Assembly: GCA_963706225.1 (NCBI GenBank)
Contig: CAVPMH010000025.1
Span: 76,667 to 140,666 of the forward strand
Direction of reading: 5' to 3'
DNA length: 64,000 nucleotides
Source: an uncultured Pseudomonadota bacterium
GTDB lineage: Bacteria; Pseudomonadota; Gammaproteobacteria; Burkholderiales; Casimicrobiaceae
Notes under the pieces: model-generated
Databases searched by the model: none
Seen by the model: only the letters and a program-made list of their open reading frames with translations
What the model was told of the DNA's origin: nothing
Position numbers and translations under genes: made by a program
In this document: positions 32,216-43,618 of the stretch, piece by piece
Layout of the letters: every line of letters starts with the position of its first letter
How positions within the stretch are numbered: position 1 is the first letter of the stretch

Positions 32216-33486
32216 CGCCACCTCACCCGCGTCGGTTGCGGCTTCGTCCGGTCGCGCGCCGTATACCACGGCATCAGCACGAAAAACAGGAAATAGACGA
32301 TCGTGAGCACCCGCGAGACCACGGTCGCGCGATCGGCGGCGTAGAACGGGAAGCTGTCCGCGAACTGTCCCCACGCGGTCACCGGGACGGTACCGAGGTA
32401 GCCCAGGATCAGGAATGCGACGACGAACGCCGCGAGGAACGACTTGTAGAGCGTCCCGCGGTAGCGAATTGATTTGACCGCGCCGCGGTCGAGCCACGGC
32501 AGCACGAAGAAGATCAGGACCGCCGCCCCCATGACGATCACGCCCCACACCTGCGTCTCGAGAAACGAGGGCACCGCCCTCAGCATTGCGTAGTACGGCG
32601 TGAAATACCAGACGGGCGCGATTTCCGGAGGCGTCTTCAGCGGGTCCGCCGGCATGAAGTTGTTCGCCTCGAGGAAGTACCCGCCCATGTCCGGCAGGAA
32701 GAACACGATGATGGAGAACACCGCGAGAAACACGATGACGCCGACGATGTCCTTCACCGTGTAATACGGATGCGAGTAGATGCCGTCGAGCGGCAAACCG
32801 GTGCCCGGGTCTTTCGGCTGCTTCTTGATCTCCACGCCGTCGGGATTGTTCGATCCGGTTTCGTGCAGCGCCATCAGGTGCGCGGCCACGAGCGCCAGCA
32901 GCACCAGCGGCAGCGCGGCGACGTGGAACGCGAAGAAGCGGTTCAGCGTGATGTCGGAGATCGTGTAGTCGCCGCGAATCCACAGCGAGAGGTCGTCGCC
33001 GATCACGGGAATGGTCGAGAACAGGTTCACGATCACCTGCGCGCCCCAGTACGACATCTGCCCCCACGGCAGCAGGTAGCCGAAGAACGCCTCGGCCATG
33101 AGCGCCAGGTAGATCAGGCAGCCGAAGATCCATGTGAGCTCGCGCGGCTTGCGGTAGCTGCCGTACATGAGCCCGCGGAACATGTGCAGGTAGACGACGA
33201 CGAAGAACATCGACGCGCCCACCGAGTGCATGTAGCGGATCAGCCAGCCCCACTGGACGTCGCGCATGATGTACTCGATCGACTCGAACGCTTTCGTCGC
33301 GTCGGGCTTGTAGTTCATCGTGAGCCAGATGCCGGTGAGGATCTGCATCACGAGCACGAACGCGGCCAGCGATCCGAAGTAGTACCAGAAGTTGAAATTC
33401 TTCGGCGCGACGTACTTGCCCCACTGGCTGTTCCACAGCGCAGTCAGCGGAAAGCGCTCGTCGATCCAGGTCATCACCTTGCTCAT
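32212..33486 (-). CDS. petB: Cytochrome b
   Basis: NFWYYFGSL, RYMHSVGAS, PWGQMSYW, PVWYFTPYY. Confidence 0.97.
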   Translation of the reverse strand: MSKVMTWIDERFPLTALWNSQWGKYVAPKNFNFWYYFGSLAAFVLVMQILTGIWLTMNYKPDATKAFESIEYIMRDVQWGWLIRYMHSVGASMFFVVVYLHMFRGLMYGSYRKPRELTWIFGCLIYLALMAEAFFGYLLPWGQMSYWGAQVIVNLFSTIPVIGDDLSLWIRGDYTISDITLNRFFAFHVAALPLVLLALVAAHLMALHETGSNNPDGVEIKKQPKDPGTGLPLDGIYSHPYYTVKDIVGVIVFLAVFSIIVFFLPDMGGYFLEANNFMPADPLKTPPEIAPVWYFTPYYAMLRAVPSFLETQVWGVIVMGAAVLIFFVLPWLDRGAVKSIRYRGTLYKSFLAAFVVAFLILGYLGTVPVTAWGQFADSFPFYAADRATVVSRVLTIVYFLFFVLMPWYTARDRTKPQPTRVRWR

Positions 33487-34085
33487 CGCGCGCTTCCCTT
33501 GGTGTCCTCGCCGATCACGACGAGCGTGTCGGAAAGATACTTGTAGGGTGGAATGACGAGGTTCGTCGGCGCGGGCACGCCCTTGAACACGCGGCCGGCG
33601 AGGTCGAATTTCGACTGATGGCACGGACAGAAGAATCCACCGAGCCACTCGGGTCCGAGATCGGCGGGTGCTACCTCCGGGCGAAACGTCGGCGAGCAGC
33701 CCAGGTGCGTGCAGATGCCGATCGCCACCCAGAGGTTCGGCTTGATCGAACGCGTCTCGTTCTTGCAATACGGCGGCTGGTGAGGAACGCTCGATTTCGG
33801 ATCGGCGACGCGGTCATCCATCTTCGGCAGCGTCGCGAGCATTGCCGATGTCCGATTGAGGAGCCAAATGGGCTTGCCGCGCCATTTGACGTTGATCTTC
33901 ATGCCGGGCTCGATCTTGCTTGTGTCCACTTCGACCGGCGCACCGGCCGCCTTGGCGCCCTCGCTCGGCCAGAGCGACATCACGAAAGGCGTTGCGACGG
34001 CGATGGCGCCAACGCCGGCGACGACCGATGTGGCGCCGATCAGGAATCGGCGCTTCTCCTTGTTCGCTATCGCTTCGGTCGCCAT
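33483..34085 (-). CDS. petA: Rieske iron-sulfur subunit
   Basis: KRRFL Tat motif, CTHLGC, CPCH. Confidence 0.97.
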   Translation of the reverse strand: MATEAIANKEKRRFLIGATSVVAGVGAIAVATPFVMSLWPSEGAKAAGAPVEVDTSKIEPGMKINVKWRGKPIWLLNRTSAMLATLPKMDDRVADPKSSVPHQPPYCKNETRSIKPNLWVAIGICTHLGCSPTFRPEVAPADLGPEWLGGFFCPCHQSKFDLAGRVFKGVPAPTNLVIPPYKYLSDTLVVIGEDTKGSAR

Positions 34086-34284
34086 CCCTGCCTTTCGCCG
34101 CGCTCATGCCGCAAAAACCTTCGAATTATACGGGAACCGGGCTTCGGGTTTGCAGCCGTCGCCAGGATTGCGGCCGGATTCCACCATTGGAACAAGTAGT
34201 TGCCGAGCGGCACGCGTCATCCTGCCAGCGGTTCGCACGTTACGGGAAGCGCTGATGCGCGCCGACTATAATTGGCGCGTTCGC

Positions 34285-34369
34285 ATGATTCCCCCGCGCT
34301 TGCGGCTGTCGCCGCTGCGCTGCCCCCGGGGGCGGCGTTCGCGCCTCGAGGCGGCTCTGCGGCGCTCAT
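34285..34369. repeat. Family-A repeat copy (reverse orientation) upstream of the protease gene
   Basis: Reverse complement ATGAGCGCCGCAGAGCCGCCTCGAGGCGCGAACGCCGCCCCCGGGGGCAGCG...GCAAGCGCGGGGG aligns by eye to the lptB 87-bp unit. Confidence 0.72.
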
Positions 34370-34379
34370 TGAACCGACC

Positions 34380-35534
34380 GTGCTGAAAAAATTCTGGCTC
34401 GTCTTCGCGCAGGCGTGCACGTTGTGCCTCGCGGCGCTGTTCGTCGTCGCGACGCTGCGGCCCGATTTGCTGCCGCGGCTCGCCGGCAAGGCAAACAACG
34501 TCGTGCTGCTGCAGCAGGCGTCGACCGATGTGGCGACGCCGCGCGTCGCGAGCTATGCCGATGCGGCGAGGAAGGCGATGCCGGCGGTCGTCAACATCTA
34601 CACGAGCAAGGCCGTGCATGCGCGCAATCCGTTGCTCGACGATTCGATCCTCCAGCGCTACTTTCCGGAGCTCGCCGAGCGCGGGGCGACGCGCCGCGCC
34701 ACGAGCCTCGGCTCCGGCGTCATCGTCGCGCCCGAAGGCTACGTGCTCACGAATCACCACGTCGTCGAAGGCGCCGACGATATCGAACTGGTACTGTCCG
34801 ATGGACGCGAGCTGCATGCGCATGTGCGCGGCGTCGATCCCGAATCGGATCTCGCCGTGCTCAAGGCCGACGGCGAAAACCTGCCGACCATCACGTTCGG
34901 CACGATGGAGCATCTGCAGGTCGGCGACGTCGTGCTCGCAATCGGCAATCCGTTCGGCTTCGGCAACACCGTCACGATGGGCATCATCAGCGCGCTCGGG
35001 CGCAACCATCTCGGCATCAATCGCTTCGAGGACTTCATCCAGACCGATGCGCCGATCAATCCCGGCAACTCCGGCGGCGCGCTCGTCGACACGGCGGGCA
35101 ACCTGATCGGCATCAACAGCACGATCTTTTCCCAGTCGGGCGGCTCGATGGGGATCGGCTTCGCGATCCCGGTGTCGCTCGCGCGAAGCGTGCTGGCGCA
35201 GATCATCAAGCAAGGCGAAGTGACGCGCGGGTGGCTCGGCGTCGAGCCGCAGGCGATCACGCGCCAGGAAGCGCAGGCGCTGGCCTTGGCACGCACCGAC
35301 GGCGTTCTCGTGCGCGCATTGCAGCACGATGGACCGGCCGACCGCGCGGGTATCCAGGTGCGCGATGTCGTCGTCGAGATCGGCGGTCAGCCGACTCCCG
35401 ACGTGCCGCAACTCCTCGCCCGCATCGCCGAGCTGACGCCGGGATCGAACGCCAAGGTGAGGATTCTGCGCGACGGCAAGCCGCTCGACATCGACGTCGT
35501 CGTCGCGAAGCGGCCGCGAGCGGAACCACAGTAA
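34380..35534 (+). CDS. degS: DegS/HtrA-family serine protease with one PDZ domain
   Basis: TNHHVV, DLAVLK, NPGNSGG; position next to tatC. Confidence 0.85.
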   Translation: MLKKFWLVFAQACTLCLAALFVVATLRPDLLPRLAGKANNVVLLQQASTDVATPRVASYADAARKAMPAVVNIYTSKAVHARNPLLDDSILQRYFPELAERGATRRATSLGSGVIVAPEGYVLTNHHVVEGADDIELVLSDGRELHAHVRGVDPESDLAVLKADGENLPTITFGTMEHLQVGDVVLAIGNPFGFGNTVTMGIISALGRNHLGINRFEDFIQTDAPINPGNSGGALVDTAGNLIGINSTIFSQSGGSMGIGFAIPVSLARSVLAQIIKQGEVTRGWLGVEPQAITRQEAQALALARTDGVLVRALQHDGPADRAGIQVRDVVVEIGGQPTPDVPQLLARIAELTPGSNAKVRILRDGKPLDIDVVVAKRPRAEPQ

Positions 35535-35550
35535 CGCACTTTCGCCCCGG

Positions 35551-35604
35551 CTCTCTCCCGCTCGCGGGAGAGAGTGCCTGAGCAGCGCGAGGGCGGGTGA
35601 GGGA
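35551..35604. repeat. Family-B REP-like palindrome between convergent degS and tatC
   Basis: CTCTCTCCCGCTCGCGGGAGAGAG hairpin followed by GGGCGGGTGAGGGA. Confidence 0.7.
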
Positions 35605-35616
35605 GCCGCGAGTTCC

Positions 35617-36381
35617 CTACTTCGCCGGCTCGGTGCCTTCCGTTCCCGCCTCCGGCAGCGGCGCCGCCACGAATCGCGCCAGCAGGAGGCCGAGCTCGAA
35701 CAGCAGCCACAACGGGATCGCGAGCAGGCTCTGCGAAATCACGTCGGGCGGCGTGAAGATGGCGCCGACGACGAACGCGCCGACGATCACGTACGGCCGC
35801 ACCGACTTCAGCTTCTCGAGCGACACCACGCGCATGCGCACGAGCACGACGACGATGATCGGCGTCTCGAACGTGATCCCGAACGCGATGAACATCGTCA
35901 GCACGAACGACAGGTACTTGTCGATGTCCGTCATCATCTGCACGCCGGCCGGCGTGTAGCCCGCGAAAAAGCCGAACGCGACCGGGAAGACGAAGAAATA
36001 CGCGAACGACATGCCGAATACGAAAAACACGCAGCTCGAGACCAGTACCGGGAGAACCAGCCGCTTCTCGTTCTGATACAGGCCGGGCGCGACGAACGCC
36101 CACGCCTGCCAGAGCACGTAGGGCAGCGCGAGCAGGAACGCCGCCATCAGCGTCACCTTGAGCGGCACGAGAAACGTTCCGGTGACGTCGGTCGCGATCA
36201 TCGTCGACCCGTGCGGCAGCACGCGCAGCAACGGCTGCGCGAGCAACGCATAGATATCCTTCGCGAACGGAAACAGCACGAGGAGCACGACGACGACCGC
36301 GATGATCGAGCGCATCAGCCGCGTGCGCAGCTCGATCAGGTGCGAAAGAAAGGATTCCTGCGGGTCGGACGTATCGCTCAT
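35617..36381 (-). CDS. tatC: Tat translocase TatC
   Basis: SHLIELRTRL, FVAPGLY, TPPDVISQ. Confidence 0.97.
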   Translation of the reverse strand: MSDTSDPQESFLSHLIELRTRLMRSIIAVVVVLLVLFPFAKDIYALLAQPLLRVLPHGSTMIATDVTGTFLVPLKVTLMAAFLLALPYVLWQAWAFVAPGLYQNEKRLVLPVLVSSCVFFVFGMSFAYFFVFPVAFGFFAGYTPAGVQMMTDIDKYLSFVLTMFIAFGITFETPIIVVVLVRMRVVSLEKLKSVRPYVIVGAFVVGAIFTPPDVISQSLLAIPLWLLFELGLLLARFVAAPLPEAGTEGTEPAK

Positions 36382-36447
36382 CGAATGCTCGCAGGCGTCA
36401 GGCGCCGGCGCGCGAGACCGGCGGCGCGCACACGTGCGGCGCGGGAA

Positions 36448-36885
36448 TCAAATCTTGTCGAAGCCCGGCAGCGGCGCCTGGCGCGGCGGCGCGGAATCGG
36501 CCGGTGGCGCCAGCGGCGCGGCCGGCGAACTTCCCGGCGTGACGTTGTCGCGCGTTGCTTCGGCGCCAGCGTCGCGCGTTGCTTCGGCGCCGGCGGTGTT
36601 GAGCTCGTGCTCGACACGCCGCACGCCGGTGCTGACATCGTCCGCCGCCGTCTTGACCGACTGTTCGAATTCGCGCGCGGCGCCCTGTATTTCGCGTTGC
36701 AGCCCGCGCAATTCGTCGAGCTCCATTTCGCGGCGGATGTCCGACTTGACGTCGTTCACGTAGCGCTGCAGACGCCCGAACAGAAGACCGAGCGTGCGCG
36801 CGGTCTTCGGCAGCCGCTCCGGGCCGATGACGACGAGCGCCACGACCGCGATGACGACGATTTCCGAAAAGCCGATGTCGAACAT
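36448..36885 (-). CDS. tatB: Tat translocase TatB
   Basis: MFDIGFSE...IGPERLP. Confidence 0.96.
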   Translation of the reverse strand: MFDIGFSEIVVIAVVALVVIGPERLPKTARTLGLLFGRLQRYVNDVKSDIRREMELDELRGLQREIQGAAREFEQSVKTAADDVSTGVRRVEHELNTAGAEATRDAGAEATRDNVTPGSSPAAPLAPPADSAPPRQAPLPGFDKI

Positions 36886-36939
36886 GAAATCACGCTACCG
36901 GCGCCGCGGCGCGCGGCAGACCGCAGCCGCTGCCGTCGC

Positions 36940-37173
36940 TCATACCTTCGTCGACGACTCCTGGCGGACCTCGCCTTCGATCGTGCGACCGGTGACCTGC
37001 GACGGCGGCTCGGGTGGCGCGGGCGATTCGCCGTCCGCGCTCTTCATGCCTTCCTTGAACCCTTTCACGGCGCCGCCGAGGTCCTGACCGATGTTGCGCA
37101 GCTTTTTCGTGCCGAAGATCAGCACGACCACCAGCAACACGATCATCCAATGCCAGATGCTCAATCCACCCAT
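36940..37173 (-). CDS. tatA: Tat translocase TatA
   Basis: SIWHW...[14 protein letters not shown]. Confidence 0.96.
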   Translation of the reverse strand: MGGLSIWHWMIVLLVVVLIFGTKKLRNIGQDLGGAVKGFKEGMKSADGESPAPPEPPSQVTGRTIEGEVRQESSTKV

Positions 37174-37186
37174 CGTTCCCTCCTCG

Positions 37187-37561
37187 TTACTCCGTCACGT
37201 CCCGCGGCCGCGCCAGCATCGGCCCGAGCGGTTCGGGACCGCCGAGCACATGCACGTGCACGTGCTTCACGTCCTGACGTCCGACGCGGCCGGTGTTGAC
37301 GATCGTCCGAAAGCCGTCGTTCGCCCCCTGCTCGCGCGCAAGCCGCCCGGCCAACGCCAGGATCTTGCCGAGCGCCGGCGCGTCGGCGTCGGTCGCGTCG
37401 TACAGCGACGCCATATGCTTCTTCGGCACCAGCATGAAATGCACCGGCGCGAGCGGTTGAATGTCGTGGAACGCAAGCACGTCTGCGTCCTCGTAGACCT
37501 TTCGGCTGGGGATCTCGCCGCGCACGATCTTGCAGAATATGCAGTTGGAGTCGGTTGCCAT
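37187..37561 (-). CDS. Histidine triad nucleotide-binding protein
   Basis: [15 protein letters not shown]. Confidence 0.93.
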   Translation of the reverse strand: MATDSNCIFCKIVRGEIPSRKVYEDADVLAFHDIQPLAPVHFMLVPKKHMASLYDATDADAPALGKILALAGRLAREQGANDGFRTIVNTGRVGRQDVKHVHVHVLGGPEPLGPMLARPRDVTE

Positions 37562-37598
37562 GGGGATCGTTCGCTCACGGGCGGACGCCGATGCGAAC

Positions 37599-37937
37599 TC
37601 AGCCTCCGCGGGATGCTTTCTCGGCATGCCCGGACACGCCTTCCCGGCGCGCCAGCTCTTTCAGCACGTCAGCGGGACCGAGGCCATGGCGGGCGAGCAG
37701 CACGAGGCAGTGGAACCACAGATCGGCGACCTCGGCGATCAGGTGGATTTTATCACCGTCCTTCGCGGCCAGGACCGTCTCGATTGCTTCCTCGCCGATC
37801 TTCTTCAGGATGCGGTCATCGCCACCGGCGAAAAGCGATGCGACGTAGGAGCGGCTTGGCTCGGCGTCCTTGCGCGCTTCGATCGTCGCGGCGATACGGG
37901 CCAGGATGCCGGCGTCCGGGGAATCATTCGTGGCCAT
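37599..37937 (-). CDS. hisE: Phosphoribosyl-ATP diphosphatase
   Basis: [17 protein letters not shown]. Confidence 0.95.
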   Translation of the reverse strand: MATNDSPDAGILARIAATIEARKDAEPSRSYVASLFAGGDDRILKKIGEEAIETVLAAKDGDKIHLIAEVADLWFHCLVLLARHGLGPADVLKELARREGVSGHAEKASRGG

Positions 37938-38313
37938 AGACCGTCACCGGGTCCTCGAGGACGGGCTCGATCGTGTGCCATTCGTCGCCGTCGAGCCGCC
38001 GATAGAAACACCGCTCGCGCCCGGTGTGGCAGGCGATGCCGCCGACCTGCTCGACGATCAGCAGGATGGCGTCGCGGTCGCAGTCGAGCCGAATTTCGCG
38101 CACCCGTTGCACGTGGCCCGAACGCTCGCCCTTGCGCCACAGGCGGCCGCGCGAGCGCGACCAGTAATGCGCCTCATGCGTGTCGCGCGTGAGCGTGAGC
38201 GCGTCGCGGTTCATCCACGCGAGCGTCAGCACGCGATGCGTCGCCGCGTCCTGCGCGATGACGGGGGCCAGGCCGTCGGGGTTCCAGCGCACGGCGTCGA
38301 GCCAATCGGTCAT
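37924..38313 (-). CDS. hisI: Phosphoribosyl-AMP cyclohydrolase
   Basis: YWSRSR...KGERSG, DCDRD, ACHTG..CF. Confidence 0.95.
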   Translation of the reverse strand: MTDWLDAVRWNPDGLAPVIAQDAATHRVLTLAWMNRDALTLTRDTHEAHYWSRSRGRLWRKGERSGHVQRVREIRLDCDRDAILLIVEQVGGIACHTGRERCFYRRLDGDEWHTIEPVLEDPVTVYGHE

Positions 38314-39068
38314 CGGATCTCGAGGCCGGCTGCGCGCATCGCCGCCTTCGCCTGCCCGACGGTGAACTGGCCATCGTGGAAGATCGACGCCGCGAGGACG
38401 GCGTCCGCGCCGCCGACCGTGATGCCGTCGACGAGATCCTGCAGCGATCCGACCCCGCCCGATGCAATCACCGGAACATTGACGGCATCCACGACCGCGC
38501 GCGTCAAGCGCAGGTCGAAGCCCTTGCGCGCGCCGTCGCGATCCATGCTCGTCAGCAGGATCTCGCCCGCGCCCAGCGCCGCGACTTCCTCCGCCCACTG
38601 GATGGCATCGATGCCGGTCGGCGTCCTGCCCCCGTGGATGTAGACCTGCCATTGATCGACCGCGCATTGCTTCACGTCGATCGCCGCCACGACGCACTGC
38701 GCGCCGAAATGCGCGGATGCCTCGGCGAACAGCTCGGGCCGCTCGATGCCGCCGGTGTTGATGCTGACCTTGTCGGCGCCCGCGTTGAGCAGGCTGCGAA
38801 TCTCGTCGACCGAGTTGACGCCGCCGCCCACTGTCAGCGGAATGAACACCTGGTCGGCGACGCGCTCGATCATGTCGTAGAGCAACCCGCGATTTTCGAT
38901 GCTCGCGCGGATGTCCAGGAATGCGATCTCGTCGGCGCCCTCGCCGTCGTAGCGGCGGGCGGCTTCGACCGGGTCCCCGACGTCGCGCAGGTTGACGAAG
39001 TTGACGCCCTTGACGACGCGTCCGCCGGCGATGTCGAGGCAGGGAATGATGCGTTTCGCGAGACCCAT
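38310..39068 (-). CDS. hisF: Imidazole glycerol phosphate synthase cyclase subunit
   Basis: [25 protein letters not shown]. Confidence 0.96.
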   Translation of the reverse strand: MGLAKRIIPCLDIAGGRVVKGVNFVNLRDVGDPVEAARRYDGEGADEIAFLDIRASIENRGLLYDMIERVADQVFIPLTVGGGVNSVDEIRSLLNAGADKVSINTGGIERPELFAEASAHFGAQCVVAAIDVKQCAVDQWQVYIHGGRTPTGIDAIQWAEEVAALGAGEILLTSMDRDGARKGFDLRLTRAVVDAVNVPVIASGGVGSLQDLVDGITVGGADAVLAASIFHDGQFTVGQAKAAMRAAGLEIR

Positions 39069-39114
39069 ACGTCCCATTCTAACCGTCGAGTCGTGCGTGC
39101 AGCGCTGGCCGCAT

Positions 39115-39846
39115 TCAGCCCTTCGCGAGCTTCATCGCTTCCCTGAAATCCAGCTTGCCCTCGTACAGCGCGCGCCCGGCGATGGCGCCGATGATGCCCT
39201 CGCTCGCATACGGAATGAGCTGGTGGATGTCCTGCAGCGACGCGATGCCGCCGCTCGCGATGATCGGCGTCTTCAGCTCGCGCGCGAGCTTGACGGTCGC
39301 CTCGACGTTGACGCCCGTCAGCATGCCGTCGCGGCCGATGTCGGTGTAGACGATCGCCTCGACGCCGTAGTCCTCGAATTTCTTCGCGAGGTCGACGACG
39401 TCGTGTCCCGTCATCTTCGACCAGCCGTCGGTCGCGACCTTGCCGTCGCGCGCGTCGAGGCCGACGATGATGTGACCGGGGAACGCATAGCATGCGTCGT
39501 GCAGGAAGCCGGGGTTCTTGACCGCCGCGGTCCCGATGATGACGTAGCTGATGCCGTCGTCGAGGTAGCGCTCGATCGTGTCGAGGTCGCGGATGCCGCC
39601 GCCCAGCTGCACGGGAATCTCGTCGCCGATGACGCTCGCGATCTCGCGAATGGCGAGCTCGTTGCGCGGCTTGCCGGCGACCGCCCCGTTCAGGTCGACG
39701 AGATGCAGCCGCTCGGCGCCGAGATCGAGCCAGTGCCGGGCCATCGCGGCGGGGTCCTCGGAAAACACCGTTGCGGAATGCATGTCGCCCTGCTTGAGAC
39801 GCACGCAATGTCCGTCCTTGATATCGATCGCGGGAATGATCTGCAT
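39115..39846 (-). CDS. hisA: ProFAR isomerase
   Basis: [24 protein letters not shown]. Confidence 0.96.
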   Translation of the reverse strand: MQIIPAIDIKDGHCVRLKQGDMHSATVFSEDPAAMARHWLDLGAERLHLVDLNGAVAGKPRNELAIREIASVIGDEIPVQLGGGIRDLDTIERYLDDGISYVIIGTAAVKNPGFLHDACYAFPGHIIVGLDARDGKVATDGWSKMTGHDVVDLAKKFEDYGVEAIVYTDIGRDGMLTGVNVEATVKLARELKTPIIASGGIASLQDIHQLIPYASEGIIGAIAGRALYEGKLDFREAMKLAKG

Positions 39847-39909
39847 GGCAGCGGGGGCTGCGTGGAGGAGTGAAGCTGGCGGCTCGCGCGCGGACTTCGG
39901 CGAAGATCG

Positions 39910-40554
39910 CTAAGGCTTTCCGTCCCAGGCGACGAAATTGGCGAGCAGGCGCAGACCCGCGCGCTGGCTCTTTTCCGGGTGGAACTGCACGGCGAAGATA
40001 TTAGCCCTCGCTATCGCGCAAGTAAACGGCGCCGGGTACGACGTCGTTGCCGCCGTCAACCCGGCATCGGCTGGAACCGGATAGTAGCTGTGCGCGAAGT
40101 AGAACCGCTCGTCGTCCTCGATTCCGGTCCACAGCGGGTGCGCGCGCGCCTGCCGAACGGGACTCCAGCCCATGTGCGGAATCTTGAGCCGTTCGCCGGA
40201 GGGCAGGTGCTGCTCCTCTTCGCGAAACCGGCGAACGCGCCCGGCAAGCGCGCCAAGGCACCTCGTCGGCCCCTCTTCGCTCTCGTCGAACAGCATCTGC
40301 AGGCCGAGACACACGCCGAGGAACGGGCGATCGCGCAGGCATTCGAGCACGACGCCACGAAGGCCCGTGGCGTCGAGACCCGCCATCGTATCGGGCATCG
40401 CGCTCTGACCCGGCAGGACGATGCGTGCCGCCTCGCGGATGAGCGCCGGGTCCCCGGTGACGACGGTCCGCGCGCCGGGCGCGACATGCGTGAGCGCCTT
40501 CGCAACCGAGCGCAGGTTGCCCATGCCGTAGTCGATCACCGCGATCGTCGGCAT
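39910..40554 (-). CDS. hisH: Imidazole glycerol phosphate synthase glutaminase subunit
   Basis: DYGMGNL, GVCLG, QFHPEKS. Confidence 0.96.
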   Translation of the reverse strand: MPTIAVIDYGMGNLRSVAKALTHVAPGARTVVTGDPALIREAARIVLPGQSAMPDTMAGLDATGLRGVVLECLRDRPFLGVCLGLQMLFDESEEGPTRCLGALAGRVRRFREEEQHLPSGERLKIPHMGWSPVRQARAHPLWTGIEDDERFYFAHSYYPVPADAGLTAATTSYPAPFTCAIARANIFAVQFHPEKSQRAGLRLLANFVAWDGKP

Positions 40555-40566
40555 CGAGCGGCAGGC

Positions 40567-41179
40567 TCACAAGGCGTCCCTTGGTCGAGGGGATTTCGTC
40601 GGCCGCGCGCGGGTCGCGCTCGCACGCCATCCGAAGCGCGCGCGCGAACGCCTTGAACACCGTTTCCGCCTGATGGTGCGCGTTGTCGCCGCGCAGGTTG
40701 TCGACGTGCATCGTCACCAGCGCGTGGTTCGCGAAGCCCTGGAAGAATTCGTGAATGAGGTCGACGTCGAACGTGCCGACGAGCGCGCGCATGAACGGCA
40801 CGTGGAATTCGAGCCCCGGACGGCCGGAGAGATCGAGGACGACGCGCGACAGCGCTTCGTCGAGCGGCACGTACGCGTGGCCGTAGCGGCGGATGCCGCG
40901 CTTGTCGCCGAGCGCCTGTCGCACGGCCTGGCCGAACGTGATGCCGATGTCCTCGACCGTGTGGTGCGCGTCGATGTGCAGATCGCCCTTGGCCGCGACG
41001 GCGAGGTCGAGCATGCCATGGCGACCCACCTGGTCGAGCATGTGATCGAGAAACGCAATGCCGGTCGCAAGCTGCGTGTGGCCGCTGCCGTCGATCACGA
41101 CGCGGACCTCGATCTCGGTCTCCGCGGTTCGACGCGCAACCTGCGCGCTGCGGATTGGCGATTCCATCGGCGCATTCAT
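40567..41179 (-). CDS. hisB: Imidazoleglycerol-phosphate dehydratase (one-base indel at the 3' end)
   Basis: [24 protein letters not shown]. Confidence 0.95.
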
Positions 41180-41192
41180 GACGGTCTATCCT

Positions 41193-42296
41193 TCAGCATC
41201 GCTCGAGCACATCGATGAGCGCATCGTTTTCGGCGGGCGTGCCGACGGTGATTCGCAGGCAGCTCGCGAGCAGCGGATGCGCGCCGTCCAGGTTCTTGAC
41301 CAGGATCTTCGCGTCGCGAAGCGCGGCAAACCACGCGTTGGCGTCGGGAACGCGCGCAAGCACGAAGTTGGCCTGCGTCGGGAACACGCGTACGCGCGAC
41401 AGTCTCGCAAGCGCCGCCGCGAGACGCGTCCGTTCCGCGCGAATCGCTGCCGCCTGTCGCGCGAAGAGCTCGCCGTGCGCGAGCAGGAGCGGCAGCGCCG
41501 CCTGCGTCAGACTGCTCACGTTGTACGGCGGGCGCAGCTTGTCGAACTGCGCGATCCAGTCCGGATGGCCGACGGCGTAACCGAGCCGCAGTCCCGCCAG
41601 GCCGATCTTCGACACGGTGCGCACGACGACGAGGTTCGGAAAGTCGAGCACGCGAGGCAGGAATGTCGCATCCGCATACGCGTAATACGCCTCGTCGATC
41701 GCGACCAGCCCGGGCGCCGCGCGCACGATGCGCTCGACGTCCGCTGCTTCGAAGAGATTGCCTGTCGGGTTGTTCGGAAAGGCGAGCCACACCAGCGCCG
41801 GCCGCTCGCGTGCGATGGCGTCGAGCATCGCGTCGGCGTCCAGCGAGAAGTCGCTGTGCAGGGCAACACCGGTGAAGCGCGCCTGCGCCACCCGCGCGCT
41901 GCGCCGATACATCACGAACGACGGCTCGGGGGCGAGGACGCTTGCGGCAGGACCGGCGATGGCGGACGTCAGGATCTGGATAAGCTCGTCGGATCCATTG
42001 CCGAGCAAAAGCGAAACGTCCGCGGGCAGCTTCAGCGCCGCGCGCAATGCGTCCTTGACCGCGCGGGCGTCGCCGTCGGGATAGCGGTTGATCGGTACGC
42101 GCGATACGGCCTCGCCGAGTGCTGCGGCGAGCTCGGCCGGCAAGGCGTACGGATTTTCCATCGCGTCGAGCTTGATGTAGCCCTCGGCGTCCGCAACCGT
42201 GTAGCGCGTCAACGCCTGCACGTCATCGCGCACGGTGGCCGCGATACAGGCGCGTCGCGCGTTGTCGAGAAGCGCGTCGCGATCGGGCGCATTCAT
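41193..42296 (-). CDS. hisC: Histidinol-phosphate aminotransferase (true stop may be 41176)
   Basis: [30 protein letters not shown]. Confidence 0.95.
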   Translation of the reverse strand: MNAPDRDALLDNARRACIAATVRDDVQALTRYTVADAEGYIKLDAMENPYALPAELAAALGEAVSRVPINRYPDGDARAVKDALRAALKLPADVSLLLGNGSDELIQILTSAIAGPAASVLAPEPSFVMYRRSARVAQARFTGVALHSDFSLDADAMLDAIARERPALVWLAFPNNPTGNLFEAADVERIVRAAPGLVAIDEAYYAYADATFLPRVLDFPNLVVVRTVSKIGLAGLRLGYAVGHPDWIAQFDKLRPPYNVSSLTQAALPLLLAHGELFARQAAAIRAERTRLAAALARLSRVRVFPTQANFVLARVPDANAWFAALRDAKILVKNLDGAHPLLASCLRITVGTPAENDALIDVLERC

Positions 42297-43618
42297 CCAT
42301 CGGCACCCGCAACGCGCGCCGCCGCCGCGCGCGCATGCGCGATCAATCCCTCGCCGGTCGCGAGCGTCACGGCAACGGGGCCGAGCGCCTGCGCGGTCCT
42401 GCGCGCGATGCGCAGCACGCTCGTGCGTTTCTGGAAATCGTACACGCCGAGCGGCGACGAAAATCGCGCCGTACGGCCGGTGGGCAGGACGTGATTGGGC
42501 CCCGCGCAATAATCGCCCAGCGCCTCGCTCGCGTAGTGACCGACGAAAATCGCGCCGGCATGCCGAATCTGCGGCAGCAGCGCATCGGGATCGGCGACGG
42601 CAAGCTCGAGGTGCTCGGGCGCGATGCGGTTGGCGAGCGCGCAGGCTTCGGCGAGATCGCGCGTCCTGATCAGCGCGCCGCGATGCGCGAGCGACGCCGC
42701 GATGATCGATGCGCGCGGCATCTCGATGAACCAGCGTTGCGCGCTTTGCGCCACGCGCTCGATGAGCGACGCATCCGGCGACAGCAGGATCGCCTGCGCC
42801 ATCTCGTCGTGCTCGGCCTGCGAGAACAGGTCGATCGCGACCCAGTCGGGATTGGCGCTCGCGTCGGCAAGGACGACGATTTCCGATGCACCGGCCACCA
42901 TGTCGATGCCGACCGCGCCGAAAACGCGCCGTTTCGCCGCCGCGACGTACGCATTGCCCGGTCCGCAGATCTTGTCGACGGCGGGAATGGTTTGCGTTCC
43001 GTACGCGAGCGCGGCGATCGCCTGCGCGCCGCCGATCGTGTAGACGTGCGTGACACCGGCGAGATGCGCGGCGGCGAGCACCAGCGGATTGCGCACGCCG
43101 TCGGGCGTGGGCACGGCGACGACGATCTCGGCAACGCCCGCCACCTGCGCGGGAATCGCATTCATCAGCATTGACGACGGATACGCCGCCTTGCCGCCGG
43201 GCACGTACAGCCCGACGCGGTCGAGCGGCGTGATGCGCTGTCCGAGCTCGGTTCCGTCCGCATCGCGAAATGCGAAACCACCGCTCTTCTGCCGCTCGTG
43301 AAAATCGCGAATGCGGACTGCCGCCCTCTGCAGTGCGTCGCGCTGCGCGCCCGGAAGCGCATCGTACGCGGCGCGCATCGTCGCGCGGTCGACGGCGAGA
43401 TCGGCCAAGCGCTGCGCACGCAGCCGATCGAAGCGCTCGGTGTAATCGAGCACCGCCGCATCGCCGCGCGCGCGCACGTCGGCGATGATCGCCGCGACCG
43501 TTGCATCGATTGCCGGGTCCTGTGCCGCCTCGAACGCGATGAGCGCTTCGAGCGCGGCATCGAAATCCGGCGCTCGCGTGTCGAGCGTGCGCAAACGCAA
43601 CACGGGCTTCGCGTTCAT
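42293..43618 (-). CDS. hisD: Histidinol dehydrogenase
   Basis: [31 protein letters not shown]. Confidence 0.96.
   Translation of the reverse strand: MNAKPVLRLRTLDTRAPDFDAALEALIAFEAAQDPAIDATVAAIIADVRARGDAAVLDYTERFDRLRAQRLADLAVDRATMRAAYDALPGAQRDALQRAAVRIRDFHERQKSGGFAFRDADGTELGQRITPLDRVGLYVPGGKAAYPSSMLMNAIPAQVAGVAEIVVAVPTPDGVRNPLVLAAAHLAGVTHVYTIGGAQAIAALAYGTQTIPAVDKICGPGNAYVAAAKRRVFGAVGIDMVAGASEIVVLADASANPDWVAIDLFSQAEHDEMAQAILLSPDASLIERVAQSAQRWFIEMPRASIIAASLAHRGALIRTRDLAEACALANRIAPEHLELAVADPDALLPQIRHAGAIFVGHYASEALGDYCAGPNHVLPTGRTARFSSPLGVYDFQKRTSVLRIARRTAQALGPVAVTLATGEGLIAHARAAAARVAGADG

Noticed and set aside
36378-36451. Bridge ORF between tatB and tatC
   Set aside because: The TTG overlapping the tatB stop terminates before tatC and is out of phase with the ATGA overlap.
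36547-36595. Short duplication in tatB (AGAEATRD twice)
   Set aside because: Ordinary low-complexity variation in the disordered TatB tail.
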